A stretch of 32,000 nucleotides of DNA. Source: Acetobacteraceae bacterium H6797. Lineage in GTDB: Bacteria > Pseudomonadota > Alphaproteobacteria > Acetobacterales > Acetobacteraceae. The notes below the pieces were generated by a model. The model was not told the origin of the DNA. It saw only the letters and a program-made list of their open reading frames with translations, and did no database searches. The position numbers were made by a program, and so were the translations under genes. Positions 1 through 5,745 of the stretch are shown here, piece after piece. The stretch is from positions 1,047,639 through 1,079,638 of the forward strand of contig JADFCQ010000001.1 of assembly GCA_015223225.1 (NCBI GenBank), in the 5' to 3' direction. Each line of letters begins with the position of its first letter. The first letter of the stretch is position 1.

Positions 1-293
1 GTGGAGATCGAGCCCACCCGCAGCATGCCGCTCGGCTGGCCGAGCTGGGCGCGGTGCCGCAAATCCTCCACCCGCGCCAGCACCTCGCCCGCGGCCTCCA
101 GCACGGCCTGGCCGGCATTGGTCAGCACCAGTCCCCTGCCCCGCCGGATCAGCAGCGTGGCATTCAGCTCCCGCTCCAAAGCGCGGATCTGCTCGCTGAC
201 CGAGGCATTGGCGAGGTTCAGCCGCCGCGCGGCCGCGGCCAACGAGCCCGCCTCGGCCACGGCCCGGAAAGTGGCCAGGAAGCGCGTGTTCAT
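1..293 (-). CDS. LysR-family transcriptional regulator, N-terminal winged-HTH part only (the rest of the gene runs off the left edge)
   Basis: Not in the ORF track. My own reverse-strand translation from ATG at 293..291 gives MNTRFLATFRAVAEAGSLAAAARRLNLANASVSEQIRALERELNATLLIRRGRGLVLTNAGQAVLE..., the classic LysR N-terminal HTH pattern. It is divergent from the neighbouring enzyme gene, as is typical for LysR regulators. Confidence 0.8.
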   Translation of the reverse strand, partial: MNTRFLATFRAVAEAGSLAAAARRLNLANASVSEQIRALERELNATLLIRRGRGLVLTNAGQAVLEAAGEVLARVEDLRHRAQLGQPSGMLRVGSIS

Positions 294-401
294 GCCGCCA
301 GGATAAGCCGAATTTTCCGAATGATGAATCAGGAAAGGCCCGGCTATTCCTGCAGGCAGCGGGGCCTAACCTGTTCGCCACCAAATTGGAGGAACAATCG
401 A
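294..401. promoter_or_regulatory. Divergent promoter/operator region between the LysR gene and the DHDPS-family gene
   Basis: 108-bp spacer between two divergent starts. It contains a locally AT-richer patch (gaattttccgaatgatgaatcagg, with CCGAAT repeated at 308 and 317). GGAGGA at 388-393 lies 8 nt before the ATG at 402. No specific LysR T-N11-A box could be assigned with confidence. Confidence 0.3.
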
Positions 402-1337
402 ATGTCGCTCAACACCGCCAAGGGCGTCTTCCCCATCGCGCCGACGCCTTTCCTCGATAACGGTGCCATCGACTTCGCCTCGATCGACAAGATGACCGAC
501 TTCTACCGCAAGGTCGGGTCGGACGGCATGACGGTGTTGGGCGTCATGGGCGAGGCGCCCAAGCTCGACGGCGCCGAGGCGCTCGAGATCGCCAAGCGCT
601 TCATCAAGCGCGGCGAGGGCCTGCCCGTGATCGTCGGCGTCTCGGCCCCGGGCTTCGCCGCCATGCGCGCCCTGGCCCGGGCCTCGATGGATGCGGGCGC
701 CGCCGGCGTCATGATCGCGCCGCCCAACACGCTCCGCACCGATGACCAGATCGCCAATTACTACCGCCAGGCGGTGGAAGCGATCGGCGAGGACGTGCCC
801 TTCTGCCTGCAGGACTTCCCGCTGACCTTCTCGGTCGTCATGACGCCGGGCGTCATCCGCCGCATCATCACCGAGAACCCCTCCTGCGTGATGGTGAAGC
901 ACGAGGATTGGCCGGGGCTGGAGAAGATCTCGCAAATCCGCAAATGGGAGGCCGAGGGCGTGCTGCGCCACGTCTCCATCCTTTGCGGCAATGGCGGCCT
1001 CTTCCTCGATTTCGAGGTGGAGCGCGGCTCCAACGGCGCCATGACGGGCTATGCCTTCCCCGATATGCTGGTGGACCTCGTGCGGCTCCAGGCCGAGGGC
1101 AAGCGCGACGAGGCGCATGACCTCTTCGACGCCCACCTGCCCCTGCTGCGCTACGAGCAGCAGCCGGTCGTGGGCCTGGCCATCCGCAAGTATGTCATGG
1201 CCCGCCGCGGCATCATCGCCTCCGACGTGCAGCGCAAGCCGGCCGTGCCGATGAGCGCCAAGGCGAAGGAGGAGGTCGAATATTTGCTGAAGCGCCTGGC
1301 GAAGTATGATTCGCGGGCGCTCGGGCGGATCGACTGA
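402..1337 (+). CDS. Dihydrodipicolinate synthase (DapA/NAL) family class I aldolase-like protein, probably not a true DapA
   Basis: ORF 54..1337 trimmed to the in-frame ATG at 402, which is preceded by GGAGGA; the upstream part overlaps the LysR gene. The protein MSLNTAKGVFPIAPTPFLDNGAIDF...VLGVMGEAPKL...VMVKHEDW... has the DHDPS-family layout and the Schiff-base lysine context (VMVKHE, compare GIKEA). The DapA GTTGE motif reads GVMGE and LYNVP reads LQDFP. Confidence 0.8.
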   Translation: MSLNTAKGVFPIAPTPFLDNGAIDFASIDKMTDFYRKVGSDGMTVLGVMGEAPKLDGAEALEIAKRFIKRGEGLPVIVGVSAPGFAAMRALARASMDAGAAGVMIAPPNTLRTDDQIANYYRQAVEAIGEDVPFCLQDFPLTFSVVMTPGVIRRIITENPSCVMVKHEDWPGLEKISQIRKWEAEGVLRHVSILCGNGGLFLDFEVERGSNGAMTGYAFPDMLVDLVRLQAEGKRDEAHDLFDAHLPLLRYEQQPVVGLAIRKYVMARRGIIASDVQRKPAVPMSAKAKEEVEYLLKRLAKYDSRALGRID

Positions 1338-1344
1338 GGCTCTA

Positions 1345-1539
1345 TGAGGGGCTCCGCCCCTCAAACTCAGACATCACCTGAGGGGCTCTGCCCCTCAAAC
1401 ACAGGCAGTTCACCTGAGGGGGCTCTGCCCCCTCAAACTCCCCGGGCAGGGGGTACGACCCCCTGCACCGCGATCAATTGGCGGGTTTCCAAAGGCCTCA
1501 GGCCTTTGGTGGGGGTGAAGGGCGGGCAAAGCCCCCTTC
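1345..1539. repeat. Left composite hairpin array (units A1-A2-A3-B-C-D), the inverted partner of 2359..2556
   Basis: Perfect or near-perfect palindromes. A: TGAGGGGCTCCGCCCCTCA 1345-1363, TGAGGGGCTCTGCCCCTCA 1379-1397, TGAGGGGGCTCTGCCCCCTCA 1415-1435. B: GCAGGGGGTACGACCCCCTGC 1446-1466. C: CCAAAGGCCTCAGGCCTTTGG 1489-1509. D: GAAGGGCGGGCAAAGCCCCCTTC 1517-1539. Confidence 0.9.
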
Positions 1540-1566
1540 CGCACAGCACAGACAAGGAAGACACCC

Positions 1567-2352
1567 ATGGATTTCGGTTTGAAGAACCGCCCCGCCCTCG
1601 TGCTCGGCGGCGGCAGTGGCCTCGGCCGCGCCATCGCCATCTCGCTCGGCCGCGAAGGCGCCTCGGTGGTCGTCGCCGGTCGGCATGCCGAAACGCTGGA
1701 AGAGACGAAGAAGGCCGTGGAGGCCGTGGGCGGCAAGGCCCACGCCATCGTCTGGGACCTGGCGGACCTCGCCAGCATCGATGGCCATGTCAGCGAGATC
1801 GAGCAGGTCTTCGGGCCGGTGCAGATCCTGGTGAACAACACGGGCGGCCCGCCGCCCACGCCGGTCTCGGGCCAGGATATCGCCCTGTGGCAGAAGAATT
1901 TCGAGATGATGGTGCTCTCGGTCATCGCCATTACTGACCGGGTGCTGCCGGGGATGAAGGCGGCCAAATGGGGCCGCATCATCACCAGCACCTCCTCCGG
2001 CGTGGTCGCGCCCATCCCGAATCTCGGCCTGTCGAACGCGCTGCGCATGACGCTCGTGGGCTGGTCCAAGACGCTGGCGCGTGAAGTCGGGCGCGACGGG
2101 ATCACGGCGAATATCGTGCTGCCGGGGCGCGTGGCGACCTCGCGCATCCAGTTCCTGGACGAGCAGAAGGCCAAGCGCGAGGGGCGGCCCGTGGAAGAGG
2201 TGACGAAGGAGAGCACCGGCGCCATCCCCGCCGGGCGCTACGGCCGGCCGGAGGAATATGGCGATACGGTCGCCTTCCTCGCGAGCCAGCAGGCGTCCTA
2301 CATCAATGGCTCGACCATCCGGGTGGATGGCGGGTTTATCGCCAGCGTCTGA
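1567..2352 (+). CDS. Short-chain dehydrogenase/reductase (SDR) family oxidoreductase, FabG/BKR-like, with a non-canonical active-site segment
   Basis: 261-aa ORF with AAGGAAG 8 nt upstream of the ATG. It has the Rossmann glycine motif LGGGSGLG, NNTGGP (NNAG-like) and a C-terminal INGSTIRVDGG. No Tyr occurs where YxxxK is expected (SSGVVAPIPNLGLSNALRMTLVGWSK). Confidence 0.88.
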   Translation: MDFGLKNRPALVLGGGSGLGRAIAISLGREGASVVVAGRHAETLEETKKAVEAVGGKAHAIVWDLADLASIDGHVSEIEQVFGPVQILVNNTGGPPPTPVSGQDIALWQKNFEMMVLSVIAITDRVLPGMKAAKWGRIITSTSSGVVAPIPNLGLSNALRMTLVGWSKTLAREVGRDGITANIVLPGRVATSRIQFLDEQKAKREGRPVEEVTKESTGAIPAGRYGRPEEYGDTVAFLASQQASYINGSTIRVDGGFIASV

Positions 2353-2358
2353 CAGAAT

Positions 2359-2556
2359 GAAGGGGGCTTTGCCCCCTTGACCCCCACCAAAGGCCTGAGG
2401 CCTTTGGGAACCCGTTACTTGGTGATCGCGGTGCAGGGGGTCGTACCTCCTGCCCGGGGAGTTTGAGGGGGCAGAGCCCCCTCAAGGACAGGGCCGAGTT
2501 TGAGGGGGCAGAGCCCCCTCAAGGACAGGGCCGAGTTTGGGGGGCAGAGCCCCTCA
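2359..2556. repeat. Right composite hairpin array (units D'-C'-B'-A3'-A2'-A1'), the reverse complement of the left array
   Basis: D' GAAGGGGGCTTTGCCCCCTTG 2359-2379. C' CCAAAGGCCTGAGGCCTTTGG 2387-2407. B' GCAGGGGGTCGTACCTCCTGC 2433-2453. A' TGAGGGGGCAGAGCCCCCTCA 2464-2484 and 2501-2521, plus a degenerate TGGGGGGCAGAGCCCCTCA at 2538-2556. The last unit contains the permease stop codon (2554-2556). Confidence 0.9.
2464..2537. repeat. Two perfect tandem copies of a 37-bp unit (21-nt palindrome plus 16-nt linker), followed by a degenerate third hairpin
   Basis: 2464-2500 and 2501-2537 both read tgagggggcagagccccctcaaggacagggccgagtt. The next unit starts at 2538, keeping the 37-nt period. Confidence 0.95.
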
Positions 2557-3333
2557 AGCCCTCTCGCCCCGCTTCAACAGGCCGACCACGGCCAGCAGGG
2601 CGATGGACAGAAGCACCATCACCGCCGCCGCCGCGATCACGGTGAGGCTGACCTGGTCGTTTAGCCCCGAAAACATCTGCCGCGGCAGGGTGCGCTGCGC
2701 CGGGCCGGCGAGGAAGAGCGCCACCACCACCTCGTCGAGCGAGGTGGCGAAGGCGAAGACGGCCCCCGCCGCCACCCCCGGCATGATGCGCGGCAGGCAG
2801 ATGCGGAAGAAGGCGCGCTGCGGGGTGCAGCCGCAGCTCGCCGCCGCGCGCAGCAGCACCGGGTCGAATTGCGAGAGCGCCGCGAGCACCGTCGTCACCA
2901 CGAAAGGCGCGCCGAGGGCGGCATGGGCGATGATCAGGCCCGGGAAGGAGCTGGTCAGCCCCAGCGGCCCGAAGGCCAGCAGCATGGCGACCGCCACAAC
3001 GATCGAGGGCACCACCATCGGCGCCATCACAACGCCCATGATCAGCATTCGCCCCGGCACCCGGCCGCGCCAGAGGCCGAAGGCCGCAAGCGTGCCCAGA
3101 GAGGTGGCCAGCAGGGCGGCGGAGATGCCGACGATCATCGAATTCCGCAGCGCCGGCAGCCAGAAATCCGAGGTGAAGAAATCGGCATACCAGCGCCAGG
3201 AAAGCCCCGGCAGCGGATAATAGAGGAAGGAGCCCGAGGAGACGGAAAGCGGCAGGATCACCACCACGGGCGCCAGCAGAAAGAGAATGGCGATGAGGCC
3301 GAAGGCCCACAGAAAGATGCGCCCCGCCCTCAT
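2554..3333 (-). CDS. ABC transporter permease, PotC-like (polyamine/opine-type importer family)
   Basis: ORF 2554..3435 trimmed to the ATG at 3333 (MRAGRIFLWAFGLIAILFLLAP...), which forms an ATGA overlap with the upstream permease stop (tcat at 3330-3333). The protein is multi-TM and hydrophobic, with an EAA-type loop LRAAASCGCTPQRAFFRICLPRIMPG. Confidence 0.88.
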   Translation of the reverse strand: MRAGRIFLWAFGLIAILFLLAPVVVILPLSVSSGSFLYYPLPGLSWRWYADFFTSDFWLPALRNSMIVGISAALLATSLGTLAAFGLWRGRVPGRMLIMGVVMAPMVVPSIVVAVAMLLAFGPLGLTSSFPGLIIAHAALGAPFVVTTVLAALSQFDPVLLRAAASCGCTPQRAFFRICLPRIMPGVAAGAVFAFATSLDEVVVALFLAGPAQRTLPRQMFSGLNDQVSLTVIAAAAVMVLLSIALLAVVGLLKRGERA

Positions 3334-4526
3334 GCCGTGCGCACCTTGTCGAAGCCGACGAGCTTTCCGTAGAGCCCGACCACCAGGGCCACCGAGGCCA
3401 GCAACAGCACCGAGAGCGCGGCGGCCATGCCCCAATTCACCGAGCGCGTGGCGAAGAAGCCGACGAACCAGGAGAGCATCTGGTCATTGGGCCCGCCCAG
3501 CAGCGCGGGGGTGACGTAGAAGCCCAGCGCCTGGATGAAGACCAGCAGCGCCCCCGCCCCCAGCCCCGGCAGGGACAGCGGCAGGGTGACGCGCCAGAAA
3601 GTCAGCATCGGCGCCGCACCCAGCGAGGAGGCGGCACGCGGCAGGCGCCAGTCGAGCTGCTTCAGCGTGGCGTAGATGGGCAGCACCGCGAAGGGCAGCA
3701 GGATATGCACCATGGCCAGCAGCACGGCGAAGCGGTTGAAGAGCAGCGGCAGCGGCCCGTCGATCAGCCCCATGCCGGAAAGGGCCGAATTCACCACGCC
3801 CTCACGCTGCAGCAGCACCACCCAGGCGGCGGAACGCACGACGAGGCTGGTCCAGAAAGGCAGCAGGACGCCGGCCAGCAGCCAGGGCGCGATGCGCGGC
3901 GAGGCGGTGGCGATCAGCCAGGCCAGGGGATAGGCCACCAGCAGGCAGATGAGCGTCGCCGAAACCGCGATCCAGAGCGTGCGCAACAGGATGGCGCGGA
4001 ACACCTGCTGGTCGGGAGGGGCGAGTTTGACGGAGCCCGTGGCGTCGCGCTTCAGGTCGAGCGCGGCGAGGAGATGGAAATCGGTGAAAGGGCCGGCGGC
4101 GCGGCGGATGGCGCCCCAGGTTTCGATCTGGTTCCATTCCGGCCCGGCCGCGAGCACCGCGGGCATGACCGGACCATCGCTGGCACGCGCGAGACGGCGA
4201 GCGGTGGCCGGCAGCAGCCCGCGCATGCCGGGGATATCGGCATTAAGCCGGGTCGCCGCGCGAGCCAGTTCGCCGGAACCCGTCTCCTGGTCGCGGGCCC
4301 GCGCGATGCGCAGATCCTCGGCCAGGGCGGCGAAGACGGGCTCGCCCGGCAGGGCCTTGCCGTCCCAATCGGCCAGGGCCGCGATGGTGCGCGGCAGGAC
4401 GGGCGCGACATCCGTGTCGCCCACCGCGCGCCAGAGGAAGACGCCGATGGGGGCAGCGAAGCTCAGCAGCAGGAAAATGAGCAGTGGCGCCACGAGCGCC
4501 ACTGCCGTCCAGGACGGGCGCTTCAC
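3330..4526 (-). CDS. ABC transporter permease, PotB-like, with an unusually long (~145 aa) hydrophilic loop between TM1 and TM2
   Basis: 398-aa ORF with a GTG start at 4526, 2 nt after the binding-protein stop. TM1 is AVALVAPLLIFLLLSFAAPIGVFLW, followed by a hydrophilic stretch from about residue 33 to 175. A typical permease core follows, with the EAA loop PRAASSLGAAPMLTFWRVTLPLSLPG. Confidence 0.88.
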   Translation of the reverse strand: MKRPSWTAVALVAPLLIFLLLSFAAPIGVFLWRAVGDTDVAPVLPRTIAALADWDGKALPGEPVFAALAEDLRIARARDQETGSGELARAATRLNADIPGMRGLLPATARRLARASDGPVMPAVLAAGPEWNQIETWGAIRRAAGPFTDFHLLAALDLKRDATGSVKLAPPDQQVFRAILLRTLWIAVSATLICLLVAYPLAWLIATASPRIAPWLLAGVLLPFWTSLVVRSAAWVVLLQREGVVNSALSGMGLIDGPLPLLFNRFAVLLAMVHILLPFAVLPIYATLKQLDWRLPRAASSLGAAPMLTFWRVTLPLSLPGLGAGALLVFIQALGFYVTPALLGGPNDQMLSWFVGFFATRSVNWGMAAALSVLLLASVALVVGLYGKLVGFDKVRTA

Positions 4527-4528
4527 GA

Positions 4529-5572
4529 TCAGCGCGAGACCCAGTTGTTGAAGCGCTGCGTGAGCTTGTCGAGATTGTCGAGCCAGAACTGGTCGTCGAT
4601 CTGCACGGCGCTGGCGCTATTGGCGGGCGCCGTCGGCAGCTCAGGCAGGACATTGGCCGGGACGTGGTCATTGGCCGAAACGGCCGTCACGCCATAGGGA
4701 ATGCGCGCGGTGAGCCCGGCCTGGACCTGGGGCTGGCCGGCGAATTTCAGGTAATCGAGCGCGAGCTGCCGGTTGGGGCTGCCCTTCATGATCACCCAGC
4801 TGTCGAGCGTGTAGAGATTGCCCTGCCAGACCATGCCGAAATTCCGGCCGTCATTGGCATTGGCGGCGCTGATGCGGCCGTTATAGGCGTCGGTCATCAC
4901 CACTTCGCCGCTGGCGAGCCATTGCGCGGGCTGGCTGCCGCGCTCCCACCAGACGAGATCGCCCTTGATGCTGTCGAGCTTGCGGAAGGCGCGATCGACG
5001 CCGGCCTCGGTGGCCAGCACCTTGTAGACATCGGCGGGGGCCACGCCATCGGCCATCAGGGCGATCTCCAGCGTGGTCTTCGGGCCGCGGCGCAGGCCGC
5101 GCTTACCGGGGTATTTCGTCGTGTCGAAGAAATCGGCCCAGCTCGTCGGCGCGTTGGGCGTGCGGTTCTTGTCGTAGGCCAGGACGAAGGAATAGAGGAT
5201 CGCGCCCACGCCGCATTCGCTCACGGCCTGGGGAATGTAGTTCTGGCGGCCGCCGATGGCCGCGAAATCCATTTTCTCGAAGAGACCCTCGTCGCAGCCG
5301 ATGGCCAGCTCCTCGCTCTCGACCTGCACCAGGTCCCAGTTATTAGCGCCGGACTGGATCTTGGCGCGGAGCACGCCGATGCCGCCGTCCCAGGTTTCCT
5401 CCAGCATGCGATTGCCCGACTGCGCCATCCAGGGGCGGAAGAAGACATCGCGCTGCGCGTCCTGATAAGCACCACCCCAGGAGGTGATGGTGAGGCTGCG
5501 CTGCTGCGCGGAAGCCGCGCCGGCGCCGAGGGCGAGCAGCGCCGCGGTGGCGAGAATGGTGCGTCGGAACAT
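4529..5572 (-). CDS. ABC transporter periplasmic substrate-binding protein, PotD/PotF-like family
   Basis: ORF 4529..5860 trimmed to the ATG at 5572, which has GGAGG 9 nt upstream. The N-terminus MFRRTILATAALLALGAGAASAQQ is a Sec signal peptide. The mature part (LTITSWGGAYQDAQRDVFFRPW...) resembles family-1 solute-binding proteins of polyamine type. Confidence 0.85.
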   Translation of the reverse strand: MFRRTILATAALLALGAGAASAQQRSLTITSWGGAYQDAQRDVFFRPWMAQSGNRMLEETWDGGIGVLRAKIQSGANNWDLVQVESEELAIGCDEGLFEKMDFAAIGGRQNYIPQAVSECGVGAILYSFVLAYDKNRTPNAPTSWADFFDTTKYPGKRGLRRGPKTTLEIALMADGVAPADVYKVLATEAGVDRAFRKLDSIKGDLVWWERGSQPAQWLASGEVVMTDAYNGRISAANANDGRNFGMVWQGNLYTLDSWVIMKGSPNRQLALDYLKFAGQPQVQAGLTARIPYGVTAVSANDHVPANVLPELPTAPANSASAVQIDDQFWLDNLDKLTQRFNNWVSR

Positions 5573-5745
5573 TGCGAAGAGCCTCCGAATTTTGGTGAGG
5601 CCGAGCTTGGCCAATTTTCCCCGCCGCGTGCAGCCGGAAAACGACGCATTGGCCGCTGAGGGCGGCTCGCCGGCTGTGGCCGGGTGGCATTGAAATTGAG
5701 AGCCATTCGCATTAGTTCTCGCACAATGCAGTATCGGCCCCACCC
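5573..5745. promoter_or_regulatory. Divergent promoter region between the ABC importer operon and the FhuF-like gene
   Basis: 173-bp spacer between divergent starts. It contains the most AT-rich patch of the left region (cattgaaattgagagccattcgcattagttctcgcacaatgcagtatc, about 5687-5735) and AATTTT repeated at 5587 and 5614. Individual -35/-10 assignments are weak. Confidence 0.35.
5692..5710. promoter_or_regulatory. Weak Fur-box-like sequence upstream of the FhuF-like gene
   Basis: GAAATTGAGAGCCATTCGC matches the 19-bp E. coli Fur consensus GATAATGATAATCATTATC at 12 of 19 positions (counted by hand). It ends 36 nt before the ATG at 5746. fhuF is Fur-regulated in E. coli. The match is weak, and alphaproteobacteria often use other iron regulators. 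Confidence 0.2.

Noticed and set aside
54-401. N-terminal 116-aa extension of ORF 54..1337, and ORF 1..306 on the plus strand
   Set aside because: This stretch is antisense to a clear LysR HTH coding sequence, and its translation is Arg/Pro/Gln-rich junk. The ATG at 402 has a GGAGGA RBS and gives a normal DHDPS-family N-terminus.
366-1364. 332-aa minus-strand ORF antisense to the DHDPS-like gene
   Set aside because: It is a high-GC antisense artefact. Its translation has no recognisable domain, whereas the plus-strand frame is clearly a DHDPS-family protein.
2464-2556. Possible CRISPR array (palindromic 21-nt repeats with a regular 37-nt period)
   Set aside because: There are only 2-3 units, the spacers are 16 nt and identical to each other, no cas genes or leader are present, and the same hairpin occurs in inverted orientation 1 kb away. 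It is a REP-like tandem repeat, not CRISPR.
1344-2645. ORFs running through the hairpin arrays (1344..1937 +, 1410..2225 -, 2463..2645 +) with repetitive peptides such as EGALPPQ and RGQSPLK
   Set aside because: The repetitive peptides are simply translated palindromic DNA repeats. These ORFs overlap the well-supported SDR frame or the permease 3' end and have no RBS.
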